Of a DNA stretch of 64,000 nt, positions 1 through 11,626 are shown one piece after another. Under the pieces are notes generated by a model. It was not told the origin of the DNA, made no database searches, and saw only the letters and a list, made by a program, of their open reading frames with translations. Source of the stretch: Barthelona sp. PAP020 (lineage: Eukaryota). Positions within the stretch are counted from its first letter, which is position 1, and every line of letters begins with the position of its first letter. The position numbers and the translations under genes were made by a program. The stretch is from the NCBI GenBank assembly GCA_040182905.1, contig JARQWU010000026.1, forward strand, positions 1 to 64,000, read 5' to 3'.

Positions 1-700
1 TAACATCAGCCCCATAATCCAACAGCATTTTGGCAACATCAAGGTGACCATTTTGACAACTAATTAACAATGGAGAAACACCATTATTATTGCACAAATT
101 AGCATCAGCCCCAAGATTTAAGAGCATTTCGGCAATATCAAGATAACCTTTTTGACAACTGATGAACAATGGAGAAACATTATTATTAAATAAACTAACA
201 TCAACCCCATGATCCAAGAGCATTTTGGCAACATTAAGATGACCTTCTTGACAACTGATGAACAATGGAGAAGCACCTTCACTATTGCATAAACTAACAT
301 CAGCTCCATGATCCAAGAGTATTTTGGCAACATCAAGATGACCTTTTTCACAACTTGTGTACAATGGAGAAGTACCATTCTTGTTCAACAAATTAACATT
401 GGCCCCATGATCCAAAAGCATTTTGGCAACATCAAGATCACCGTTATAACAACTGATGTGCAATAGAGAAACACCATTATTCTTACACAAATTGACATCA
501 GCCCTATGATCCAAGAGCATTTCGGTAACATCAAGATGACCATTTTGATAACTAACGAACAATGGAGAAGCACCATCATTCACACATAAATTAATATCAG
601 CTCCATGATCCAAGAGCATTTTGGCAACGTCAAGATGACCTTTAAGACAACTGATGTACAATGGAGAAAATCCATCATTCATACACAAATTAACATCAGC
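1..700 (-). repeat. Tandem ~99-bp ankyrin-coding repeat array
   Basis: The anchor caatggagaa (one copy caatagagaa) recurs at 68, 167, 263, 362, 461, 560 and 659, giving spacings of 99, 96, 99, 99, 99, 99. Confidence 0.95.
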
Positions 701-2467
701 ACCAAAATCTAACAAAAAATCAACAACTTCAATATGCCCATTAAAAGCAGCTCCCCAAAGCGATGTCCTTCCTTCCTTGCCCTGTTTGTTCACATCAACG
801 CCAGCCTTGATACACTGTTTGACAACCTCAAGATTACCATCACATGCAGCCCGATAAATCTTCTTTGGGCGACCGTTATCTTCAAATCCATCCACATCAA
901 ACCCATCTGGAACAACAACTTGATCCATCTTATACTTAACATATGGGTCAATGTCATTTTCATGTTTCACCATTGTACTCATCATTTCCAACCCGTTAAT
1001 CAACAAATCAAGGTATTCGATAATCTCTGAAAAAGTGGGTCTCTTTTCAGGGTTGGAATCAAAACACATAGATATGAACTCATATCCAACAACCAGCTCA
1101 ATATTGCTGAAAGGCTTCATTCCAGTACAGAGCTTTAAATTGACCATATGATCAGGCACCCCGTCAAAGGGAATATAACCGGTCATCACCTCAAAAAAAG
1201 TCACAGCAAACGCCCAATAATCAATTCCTGGATGTGTAGCGGCATTTTCTTGTGTAAAAATCTCTGGTGGCATGTAACGAACGGTTCCAAACTTGGACAA
1301 AACGCTGTTTCTTTTGAAAGAGCGAATCAGACCAAAATCACAAAGGGCAATTGTTCCATCATTTCTGATAAGCACATTTCTAGGTGTAACATCTCGATGA
1401 ATGAGGCCTTTGCTGTGACAAAAATTCAATGCATCTGCCAATTGCAACATACATTCCAGCTTTTGAATGACTGTCATTGACTGCATTTCTTTACTTAAAA
1501 CAGATGGACAATATTCCATTACATATCCCCATTTACCATCTCTACAGGTCAAACCATAGATACTACAAATATACTGATGAATAAACGTTGCTGCAATACA
1601 CTCACATTTCACTAACTCCTTCGTAGAGTCATATGGAAACTTAACGGCGACATCTCCTCTTTGATACTTTCCTTTGTAAATTGTCGCATATCCACCTCTG
1701 CCAATCTCTTCTAATGCGCTTATCCTGTCAAAAAGGATTTCAGGAATGTCAAAATCTGAGTTATTATGTTTGTTCTCTGTATTTTGAATCTTTTTCAAAA
1801 CATATTTCACATCATTTTCATGTGACAGAGAATCGATTTTTGACATCAACAATGACAACTTATCATTGGTTTGTCTTTGCAGCTTTTCAATCTTTTCAAA
1901 ATTCCTGCGCATCTCTTCCATCAGCTTTTCGTTTAACTGCAATAAATGATTAGCAATTTTAGTTGAAATTTCATCAGGCATCATATTTATGCTGCTAGTG
2001 GTCAACATCACATTCAAATCACCACTTAAGCTGTCAAATCTTTGATGCAATTCTTTAATCATCTCCAAATCCCGACTTCCAAAAAGGAAACTTTCAAAAA
2101 ATCCACGATTCAAACTCTTTTCCAAAATAGTTTGGGAAGATTCACAATTTTCGTAAAAAACTCTCATGAGTTGTTTGAACTTTGTATCATTTACCATAGC
2201 AGCTTGATTATACAATATTTCTTCAAAATTGGAAGATAACCAGAGAATTCGAAAAAACAGCACTTTTCCTTCTTGTTGGGCCTTTTTACTGTCTAAAAAA
2301 GCGGTACCCATCTTCAGTGCAATTGCAAAAACTGGTATATCACATTCAGAGAGAAGAGAAAAGACAGAATCAAATTCAATAGTTCCAATAACCTGTTAGA
2401 AATCATTGAAATCATTATTTACTGTTTCTAACAGCAAATTTTGAAAGTTTTTCACAACTTCTGCCAT
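1..2467 (-). CDS. Helical (MLKL-NTD-like) domain + coiled coil + protein kinase + ankyrin repeats; 3' end runs off the window
   Basis: Manual translation of the - strand shows an open frame from 2392 to base 1, absent from the ORF track because no stop falls inside the window. Kinase motifs are intact: IGRGGYATIY, VAVK, HRDVTPRN, DFG, GTVRYMPPE, DYWAFA, PEKRPTF. At least 9 ankyrin repeats follow (GxSPLxxSCxxGHLDVAKMLLDHGADVN). The ATG at 2467 needs removal of a putative 30-nt intron (2393-2422) that contains an in-frame TAA. Confidence 0.88.
2393..2422 (-). other. Putative 30-nt spliceosomal intron
   Basis: GTAAATAATGATTTCAATGATTTCTAACAG has GT..AG ends, a length divisible by 3, and removes the only stop codon in the frame. 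Confidence 0.55.
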
Positions 2468-3328
2468 GAAAAAAACGTTCCAAAAAACTGAAATGGAAGG
2501 TCAATTTCAATCTTTGTCTTTGGTCTCTTTCACAAAATTTAGCCAAAGTTCCCATGTCGAAATGAAATGAACTTATTGATAAGACTTTTGTGAAATTTTT
2601 TTTTAAATACTGAAATCGATTTTTCGTTCAGATTTCCTCTTTCGAATTTGTCCACTCAATTGTATTGGAAATTGTTTTGAGCAATACTTCATGATGTTGG
2701 AAGATGATAATTGCATGTTGTAATTTTTTTTTGTTTGAAATCGTTGCCTTTAAAGATGAGAATGTTTGCCCAACTTCTGTTCAACATCGTTTTATAATAA
2801 TGCTTTTATCCGAAATGCAACAATAAGAATGGCCAAAAGTGGCTTGAAATTGGTATGCCTGTGAAACAGACTTGTTTATGTGTGATAAAAAACTGAGAAC
2901 GATTCTTTAAGATATTTTGGTCAAAGCATAATCTTGATGAGCAAAAAGGGATATTTTTGTTAGTGATGAAATAACCATGCTTATTTATAGAGTTAAATTT
3001 GGTGAGTTTATTTAAGTTAATTGTGGCAAAAGCAAATGAGCCGCTGAAATTCAGTCCTGACGATCAAGTATGAAAGTTTGGGAAAGAATGACTTATCTCT
3101 GTTTTTGTGTCGCACAAAGTCAAAATTAATGAAGGTTTTATTTTCACTTTTGAAAAGAAGTTTCAACAGAATAATCAACCCTCCAAATGCTTTAAACAAA
3201 TAATTGGTCCAGTTGTGAAACAACTATATTTGTTTACAAAGAAAGAAAACTCACAAAACTCATTCCAACAAATTTAGGTCAAAACCCCAGGGCAAATTGA
3301 GGGACTGAAATGTAATTGGAACGATCAA

Positions 3329-4607
3329 GTGGGAGAATTTCGAGGGTTTGGAATTGTCAAGAAGTATTTGACACTGGACCCATCTAAAAGGTCAACCTTC
3401 AGCGAAATCATTGAGTATTTACAGATACTGATTGAACGTTTCGAGGAATTGGGATTTGTCAAGAAGAGGTTGGTGAAGGAGATTGCCATGTTGAAAGAGG
3501 AAAACAAAATTTATGAAGACAAAGTTCAAAGTTTGACAACAAGTGTTGACAAATTAAAAGAAGACAAAGCGAAGTTAACAAGTCAAAATCAAGAATTAAC
3601 AAATCAGGTTGATCGTTTGACAAATCAATTGAATGAACTCATAAACAACAATGATAAAAAAACAAAATGTTGACAATACGAATAACATTGTTCGTGAAGT
3701 CGAAAAGTTTGAAAAAATCCCTGTGTTTAGAGAGACATTTCCTGATAGTGTAGTTTACGCCCTTACTTACAGCCCTGATGGACTTTTTTTTGCAGTGATA
3801 GGATATACTAGCAAATTATTAAGAGTCTACAACGTTGACACACATAGTATTATGCATGAAGGACATTATGCAACAGATATTGGACTCAATTTCAGTCCAG
3901 ACTCCAAATTATTGGCTATTAGTGGTTACGGCCCAACAATTCATATTATTGAGGCTGATACTTGGAAAACAGTTGCAGTAATTAGAAACATGGCCAAGGA
4001 GGTCAAACAGGTGTGGTTCTCACCAAATGGCAAATTGCTTTCATTTGGCATGGCTAGTGGTTATATTGCCATATATACTGTTGAAGGACAACAGTTGTAT
4101 TAATCTAAAGCACATGAAGCATATGTTAACTCTGTATGTATTAGCCTTGATATGAAGTATTTTGCCTCTGTAAGCGAAGATAAATGTTCAACCTTGTTTT
4201 CATTGGAGACATATGAAAGGCTTCACACGTGTATGCGTGATGAAAATAAGGTTAGATCTGGTAAATTCTCACCCGATGGTGTTTATTGGGCTACAGGTGA
4301 TAGGAATGGTACAGTAAGGATATTTGGTGTTGAATCTCGAGAATTATTGGGAAAATATAAGCTTCATGGCAATTGGATATACTCAATAATCTTCTCCCAA
4401 GATGGTTCATTGATCTATTCTTGTTCTACTGACAATTCATTTGCTGTATTTCGAAGAGACACTGGTCAAATGCTGCAGAAAGTAAATGTATCTTTTCATA
4501 TTTATGATATGGCCCTCAATCATAATGGAACTCGTTTGTTGTGCAGTGGTAGGAAAAGCACCAAGGAAAATACCCCAATTCAAGAATTCATTGCTGTAGA
4601 TTTGTAA
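3329..4607 (+). pseudogene. Disrupted paralog of the kinase-coiled-coil-WD40 gene at 23223-25358
   Basis: Three consecutive ORF pieces align by eye with the 23 kb gene: GFGIVKKYLTLDPSKRSTFSEIIEYL vs GFGIIKRCLSIDPAERPTFSDIAEYL; VWFSPNGKLLSFGMASGYIAIYTV vs VWFSPNNELLSFGMANGYIAIYTV; DGVYWATGD. Most of the kinase is missing. There is a +1 frameshift in an A7 run (3656-3662) and an in-frame TAA at 4101-4103 where the paralog has Glu. Confidence 0.85.
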
Positions 4608-5228
4608 AACTCAACATTGCATTTTGCTTTTACACCCTCCTATTACATGTTTCGTATTGCTTTCTCAGGTTTTTCAACTTTTATATAAATTTGAAACACA
4701 TTCTTTTTATTCAGCATTCGATTCGATTCAATATTTAAATCATTTTCTTGCTGTTTATTCATAGTATGAGCCATTTTGCATCATAGGCAGGTGCATTGTA
4801 CCTTCAACAAATTTTCTCACAAATTTCATTGTTACAAGAAATTCTCAATTTTAAAAAGATTATTTGCTTTAAGCCGTTAAAACGAGTTAAATTATGTCAT
4901 GTACAAAACATCCATCAACAATTTTTACAAATTTCTTCTCTTTTACTTGTTATGATGAGATATTCTCTTTGAATTTCCACTGAAACTTGCCTTAGTGGAG
5001 TTGGTATTAGTTATCCATTCATCTTTAATATATATTACAGCAACTGATTGTTGACAATAAAAACTTCATTTTTTTTTAAAATGTTGGATGTATTTTGATT
5101 TATCATAATTTCTACTATTGTTTTCAAATGTAACAAATTGATTTTAACTCACAGAGAGTTTGTAAAAACTGTAAAATTAATTATTCAATCTTTTTTTTCA
5201 AGGATTAACATTATTTTTAATGTATTAG

Positions 5229-8200
5229 ATGAGTGATTTACCATACGAGATGAGTGAAACACCCAAATTAGTGATTAATGAAGAAAAATTAAATGTTTTA
5301 ACACCCGATATGGCCCAATTAACTCCCACTATTAATTCACCCTTTCAAAAACAACATATTTATTCACCCAAAGTTGAAGATTCAGTCAATGATAAATTTC
5401 ATAATGTTGATTCGAACACTTTTATGAAAAAATCAAGATTTGATTACCGAAGTGATAAAAAACAACGCTCTCTCAGCAAATCTGTAAGCTTTGATGCTTT
5501 ACTAACGAATTTTACTGAAATTTTACCTGATGTTGTGGATAATGAAACTGAATTCGATTTTGAAAGTGAAACGGAATCATTTTCTGGAGATTTTGATATT
5601 ACTCTTGATGAAGAATTATCCAATGAGCAATCTAAAGAAGCAACAACACCCATATTACCTGAAAAAGAAAAAGAAATAAAGCCAAGCAAAAAATTTCATC
5701 TAAATGTTGAAAAACTGGAAAATTTTCGTTTATTTTATCATCCTATTGTTCCTTTAACCCATCGATATATGCAATTTCCTCATTGTTTCATTTCTACAAA
5801 ATTTCGATTTTTGAATGATATTTATGCGACAAATGATGCTTTATTGATATATAATTACAGTATCATCGATATAAATCGACTTTTTAACATATACATAGCA
5901 GGTTCATTTTCTTTGCTAAACAAACAAATAGTCAATGATTTTGATCTTCTTTATGATTTGTTTGTGGAGAATGGTACATTATCCTCAATGAAAATTGTTG
6001 AAAAAAAAATTCCCTTTTCATTACAAGCTGAAGATATTACAAATTGGTTGAAAAATTTTCAGAATAATAATAATTTACAGAAATATTGTAAATTTTTGTT
6101 CCAATTATGTTGTTGTATTGAAATTCATGATGGTATTTTGGATTTAAGGTTAGCTAATATAGCTAAAGATCTTTTTGAACAATATTTAACAAGAGAAATG
6201 TTGGGAAAAGTATTTAAAAATTTTGAATCTTTTGTTTTAATTGTTGAACAAATAATTAAATTAACTTTGTTTTCCAATCAGAATCAGAATGAAGTGAATA
6301 CCAATATTAATGCTGAATCACCTTTTTATGTTGACCTCAATGAGTCTATAACCTATTGTCAACCAAATTCTCAACAAATCAAACTTTTTCAATTTTTTCT
6401 TAAGACATTTCTGTTGCTGTTCAAATTTAATCGTAAATTGGTTCTCTTTCAATTGTCTCTATTACCTCGTTCATTAGTTGATTTATTATTTGTATCAATT
6501 ATTAATTCTTTCTATGTATATAATAAAGATTTGACAATTGATTTAACAGATTTGGAATATTTTATTGATTTTTATTTGAACCTAAATGTGAATCATAACA
6601 CCAATAATTCAAATCCAAATAAAAATATTGTATTGTTTTTGAAAAGTTGTTTGAATTTAAAAAAAGAAAATTATTTTGTTGATTTTGTAATTTTAAAATG
6701 TTTTCAAGCATTTGACTTGGATATTACACCATTATATACAAGATATAAGCAAAAAAGTTATTTTGAAAATTTGCCTGCTTTTTTGCACAAAAATTTTTTG
6801 ATATTAATTAATCATATTGAATTGGATTTAAATGTTATTTCCCATAATATACAGTTAGTCTTTGATATTTTAAATGTTTTGAACGGTTTTGAAATCATTA
6901 AAATTTCTCATGAATTTTTATATGATATTTCATCGACTGATTTAAAATATATATCTAATTATTTATTAATAACGATTAATAAATACATTATGACACATAT
7001 TGAGGAAATTCGAGAAAGTTTTTTAATTTTTATTTTTCACAATTTTAATCATGAGATCTTTACAAATGAAGATGAACAAATATTATATTTTTTATATAAT
7101 ATAATTGAAATCTATAAACGATTGCATAGTTTAACGATTAGATCTTTTGAAATGAATTCAACGATGTTTAAAAATGAAGAAGATTATTTGTTTATCAAAT
7201 TGATTGTTTCTAAACACAATAAATCAATAAATTTTAATGAATTTAACAATTTTAGCAACATAAAAATATTAAATTTCATAAAAACTATTGTAAATTTGAG
7301 TTTATGTTATTTAAACCCTAATCCTATAAATTATTATGCTTTAGGAATATTATCTAATATTAATTCCTTAATCTATTGTTCACCTATTGTTATTTTTGAA
7401 GAAGATATCATTCTTTTGGTTAATACTTGGTTTATACAGATTAAAGCTAGATCTAGTCAATTAATGTTATTGGTTGATACTTCTGAAAAAGAAATCTTTC
7501 TCCAACGAATAATTAGTGAGTTTTTAATCATTGCAAAATTGATTATTGCCTATAAGACTTCAGAAATAATGTTAGATCTATTTGTACGTCATTTTACTCC
7601 ATTTATTGTTGATTTATTGAATTGTTTACCACCTTCTTGTGATATGTTATTTTCTAGACTTATCTTTATGTTTTTTGATACTTATTTATTTTTAAATAAC
7701 GATTATCTCAATTGGAACTTGATTGAATTATTGAATAATGATATTTTCAATTTTGATATGGATACTATAACAACAATGGATATTGATTTAGAAAATTCTC
7801 ATGTAGATAATCATCTAAAAACACCGTTGTGGATGAACGAATTGACCTTACCTTTAGAACAAACGCGAGAATTGATCAATATTTCTTTTTTTGAAGTTTT
7901 AGAACATATTAACAAGTATCACGATCTATTAGATAGCAAAACCTCTTTAGTTGATCAAGTTTTGTTATTAGAAGAGAAATTAGGTGAAGAACAATATTTT
8001 GCTGAAAATTTAGGAACGATTCTATTGACCTTTTTACCCGCTCTTTTTCTTCAATTGGTTAATCCTAATGTAGACCAAGCTTACAATAAATTTTTGACCT
8101 GTTGTTTAAATCAAATCAAACAGAATGATGATTTTATCAATTGTGGAGATTATAATCTGATATCATGTGACACACAAATATTCGCAAAAGTTATTATTTC

Positions 8201-10859
8201 TGCTTTCAATACGAAGAAAAAATTAACTTCAAATTTTAATCATCTCTTGGATTTACGAGAATCTATTCAAATCTTCTTAAGTCTTTTACGTAATCACATT
8301 CCTATAGACACCAAAAGACATCATTTCTGTCCTTGTTGTACCCTTATACCATGTAGACATTGGCCTTTGCATAATAATTTTTTCATCTCAAAATATTCAA
8401 ACGTTATTCCCAAACATTTCTCTTTATTGGAACATCATCAAATAGAAACTCTACCTTTTGATTATTTTCGAACAAATTTTATTCATTCCATACCATCCAT
8501 TGATAAAGAATCAGATCATGTTTGGAGTAATGGTTCTATTATTGGGAACAACGATCATTTGATGAAAAATAATAACGATGATATTGATAATCTATCATAT
8601 GTCATCAATAGTTCTAGAATTAAAAACAAAGATTGGAATAATTATGATATATACTTTTATTACATGAAAGATTCAACAAATAATTATGTAACTCCTAACG
8701 GAAAATTAGCTCCTTATGATTATGATAAAAAGAGTTTCAATGAAATTGAAGATACTTTAACTTATGAGGAATTAGCTTCATTAAAAACCAATCAACAATT
8801 TCAATGTATACGAGATGGATTATCTTCTCTTGATTTGTTAGCAAAAGTGCTGAATAAGCCTAAGAATTCAGTAATTACGGAATTCATTCAAACTCCATAT
8901 TTTGCTTTACCTTTAGATTTTAAAAACTATCCTATTCCTTTGTTAACACCTTCTCAAATGTTTGAAATAGATCCATTAAAGAATAATGAAAATGAAATGA
9001 TTAATCTCATCACTAAATCTCCTTTATTAGTTGAATTATGGAAACATAAAACTTTTAACGTTGAACATATGACTGAATTTTTGAAATTATATCCTGCTGC
9101 TAGTTTCTTTGAATGGGTAATCAATGAAAACTCTGGAAAATTGGATTGCAGATTTTTTTTTGATTGTGGTAGTGGGAATTTTTTTCAGAAATTATTTAAT
9201 AAATGTCAAAAGGATATATTGCTAGCAGACAGCAGTCCGATTGCTAGAAGCCTTTATGGTATCCTTTTCAAAAAACCTTGCGAATCTTTCAATTATTTTA
9301 CAAGAAATATTATTCTTTTATTGATGAATCTTATTGCTGTAATTGTTAAAGTCTCAGACAATGTTCCTTTAAACCCAACCCATTCTTCTATTTTTATTGA
9401 TTATGGTGAAGGAATTTTACCATCCTCTCATAACATTTCCATTTACGATTTATGTCAACCCTTTTTAATCAGTACTTATTTATGTTTGATTGATATTAAT
9501 GTTTGTTGGAATATCAATTGCAATAAATGTATGCAATTCTTATTAAAAAGTTTACAAACTTTTGAAAGTTTTCAAACTGTTTGGTTTGAGATTTATTACG
9601 TCATTTCTCCTTCACAAACCGAATTTCAATTGAAAAATAAAATCAGAAGTAATTTACAAAGGTCTATGGTAATTTCCTTGAGATTTCTGATATTTTCCGT
9701 TGTCAATTTGACTTTGGAATTGGGGAATAATATTCAAAAGATAGATTCCATCAATGAACCAGGTAGAGTTGTGATCAGCAAGTTAATTGAATTGATTGTC
9801 AATTCAATGGCTGTTGATGATATGTTGAAAGAGAATTTTCCCCTTTTTATCAATTTTGATGTATTATTATGGAGTTTATTACAATTATATTATGTTGATA
9901 GACACAATTACAAGAGCAAAATCATGATTTTAAATTTTTTAAACTTTTGTCAAACATTACCTTCAAATCGAAAGAAATTTATCACGGATTTCTTTTCTCA
10001 AGACTTGCCAAACTTTCATTTATTGAACACCACCTGTGGAAAACTATTTAAAAATACATTTTTACAATCAGATATAACACAAATCAAACATCATTTCAAA
10101 TCTGATTCCAACAAGATGTTGAATTATGGCAAGGTTTTTGTATTTTTCAAAGACCATTGGTTCATCTCTTACATTCAATTTAGCTTTCAAGAGATTTGTC
10201 TAGAATTTGTCTTTGAAAAACAGAACATTTCAATCGTTATTCCCATTGCAAAACCTACCATCATAAATACGAAATTACATCCTGTTAGTCTTCATGTGCA
10301 GACAGATAAATTTAATTTGGTTATATGTGGAATAAGTCAACTATTTCAACAATTTTACGAAAAGAGGATCAATATTTTAACGCATTTCGGTCATTCTTTT
10401 GGTTGTAACTTGATTCAAATGCATTCTCAACAATTTGATGCCTTCCATTTAGTTTTCATTTTGGATATTCCCACAAATGTCTTTGATAATATCGTTCAAG
10501 GAAAAGATATTGACAAACTTGTTTGTGCTGTGGGAGGAAATTTAGAAAAGCATACGTCAAATTCAGAAAGTCTTCATGGTTCACAGATATTCATTGAAAC
10601 TGTAAATTTTGCTGTATTAGCATTATCTAATAGCTCTATGAATATCTTTGAAACTGATCAACTTATCCTGAAAGATGATTACCAATTGATTAATGTAATT
10701 GAGTTTTCTCTCATTAAAAATGTTCATACTTTTAAAATTGGGGAATTATATGTTATTTCCTTCAACCACGGTCTTTTAGGATTGATTGGCAAACGTTCGA
10801 CATTTGGTTTCATTAATGAACAAGAGTTTAATAGTTTTTTGTGTTTGTTAAGTGGTTGA
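5229..10859 (+). CDS. Large hypothetical protein (1876 aa): disordered acidic N-terminus, probably helical-repeat body
   Basis: 5.6-kb uninterrupted ORF with an ATG start; no family recognised. Confidence 0.85.
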   Translation: MSDLPYEMSETPKLVINEEKLNVLTPDMAQLTPTINSPFQKQHIYSPKVEDSVNDKFHNVDSNTFMKKSRFDYRSDKKQRSLSKSVSFDALLTNFTEILPDVVDNETEFDFESETESFSGDFDITLDEELSNEQSKEATTPILPEKEKEIKPSKKFHLNVEKLENFRLFYHPIVPLTHRYMQFPHCFISTKFRFLNDIYATNDALLIYNYSIIDINRLFNIYIAGSFSLLNKQIVNDFDLLYDLFVENGTLSSMKIVEKKIPFSLQAEDITNWLKNFQNNNNLQKYCKFLFQLCCCIEIHDGILDLRLANIAKDLFEQYLTREMLGKVFKNFESFVLIVEQIIKLTLFSNQNQNEVNTNINAESPFYVDLNESITYCQPNSQQIKLFQFFLKTFLLLFKFNRKLVLFQLSLLPRSLVDLLFVSIINSFYVYNKDLTIDLTDLEYFIDFYLNLNVNHNTNNSNPNKNIVLFLKSCLNLKKENYFVDFVILKCFQAFDLDITPLYTRYKQKSYFENLPAFLHKNFLILINHIELDLNVISHNIQLVFDILNVLNGFEIIKISHEFLYDISSTDLKYISNYLLITINKYIMTHIEEIRESFLIFIFHNFNHEIFTNEDEQILYFLYNIIEIYKRLHSLTIRSFEMNSTMFKNEEDYLFIKLIVSKHNKSINFNEFNNFSNIKILNFIKTIVNLSLCYLNPNPINYYALGILSNINSLIYCSPIVIFEEDIILLVNTWFIQIKARSSQLMLLVDTSEKEIFLQRIISEFLIIAKLIIAYKTSEIMLDLFVRHFTPFIVDLLNCLPPSCDMLFSRLIFMFFDTYLFLNNDYLNWNLIELLNNDIFNFDMDTITTMDIDLENSHVDNHLKTPLWMNELTLPLEQTRELINISFFEVLEHINKYHDLLDSKTSLVDQVLLLEEKLGEEQYFAENLGTILLTFLPALFLQLVNPNVDQAYNKFLTCCLNQIKQNDDFINCGDYNLISCDTQIFAKVIISAFNTKKKLTSNFNHLLDLRESIQIFLSLLRNHIPIDTKRHHFCPCCTLIPCRHWPLHNNFFISKYSNVIPKHFSLLEHHQIETLPFDYFRTNFIHSIPSIDKESDHVWSNGSIIGNNDHLMKNNNDDIDNLSYVINSSRIKNKDWNNYDIYFYYMKDSTNNYVTPNGKLAPYDYDKKSFNEIEDTLTYEELASLKTNQQFQCIRDGLSSLDLLAKVLNKPKNSVITEFIQTPYFALPLDFKNYPIPLLTPSQMFEIDPLKNNENEMINLITKSPLLVELWKHKTFNVEHMTEFLKLYPAASFFEWVINENSGKLDCRFFFDCGSGNFFQKLFNKCQKDILLADSSPIARSLYGILFKKPCESFNYFTRNIILLLMNLIAVIVKVSDNVPLNPTHSSIFIDYGEGILPSSHNISIYDLCQPFLISTYLCLIDINVCWNINCNKCMQFLLKSLQTFESFQTVWFEIYYVISPSQTEFQLKNKIRSNLQRSMVISLRFLIFSVVNLTLELGNNIQKIDSINEPGRVVISKLIELIVNSMAVDDMLKENFPLFINFDVLLWSLLQLYYVDRHNYKSKIMILNFLNFCQTLPSNRKKFITDFFSQDLPNFHLLNTTCGKLFKNTFLQSDITQIKHHFKSDSNKMLNYGKVFVFFKDHWFISYIQFSFQEICLEFVFEKQNISIVIPIAKPTIINTKLHPVSLHVQTDKFNLVICGISQLFQQFYEKRINILTHFGHSFGCNLIQMHSQQFDAFHLVFILDIPTNVFDNIVQGKDIDKLVCAVGGNLEKHTSNSESLHGSQIFIETVNFAVLALSNSSMNIFETDQLILKDDYQLINVIEFSLIKNVHTFKIGELYVISFNHGLLGLIGKRSTFGFINEQEFNSFLCLLSG

Positions 10860-11626
10860 GCATTTTCCCTATCATATAAAGTGACATAACCAATTTTTGT
10901 TTGCTTTTGACATTCAAGCTCATATTAAAAGGATTACAAGATACGCCTTTTAGTTATGTACAGACATTTTCTTTATAAGGGATCTAAAACCAGTTTGATT
11001 TCTATTTAGTGAATGACAATATCATACGGAGGAATTTGTTGATCAACATTCTTTTGACATCATTATTTATGGGTCTTTTACTGCAAACCATTTTTCAGGC
11101 TATTGTGTTTGGACATGTTCATTTTCTTGTTGTTTTGTTTATCTTTTCAAAGTAAACATTCTATTTCAATTTTCCAATATCTGTCCCAATTTTACAAAAA
11201 TAAAGTTTGGATTTGACAAGCTTAGATCTTCTTCTTTTTTTTTTTTTAATTATCTGTTTACACCCTGATCTCTGGAAACAATGAAAAAACAAGGATAAAT
11301 GAAGTGAAACAAATTTTTGTCAGAAGAATATATTGAATGTGAGCGATCACCAATTCAACCCAGTTGGTACAACATGAAATAAAATTACAACCACAAGTTC
11401 TTGTTTTTACTTTTTGAATGCCAAACAAATGCCCCCTATTCTTCTTCAAGAAAATTATATGCATGACCTTGAAAATGATTCAACCCATTTCAACACATCA
11501 ACATGAGTACTCTTTCTTTACTTGCTTAAACTGTTTCTCAGAGTGGAAATTAAAAAAATGAGGGTTGTTCACTGGCCTATTATTTTTGGCGAATCGAAAT
11601 TTTCCGATTCTTCCTTTTTCCCTCGA

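Noticed and set aside
1..700. Regularly spaced repeats resembling a CRISPR array
   Set aside because: Whole 99-bp units are similar, in frame and encode ankyrin repeats. There are no unique spacers or cas genes, and the context is eukaryotic.
118..2239. Short ORFs in the track (118-378, 385-579, 654-857, 734-1030, 951-1151, 1148-1480, 1681-1953, 2042-2239)
   Set aside because: They are alternative-frame or antisense shadows of the kinase-ankyrin gene; their periodicity comes from the 99-bp repeat.
2396..4103. In-frame TAA codons as evidence for a TAA=Gln genetic code
   Set aside because: Many intact genes end in TAA or TAG at their conserved C-termini, and 20 kb of ORF has no internal TAA. 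One case fits an intron, the other a pseudogene.
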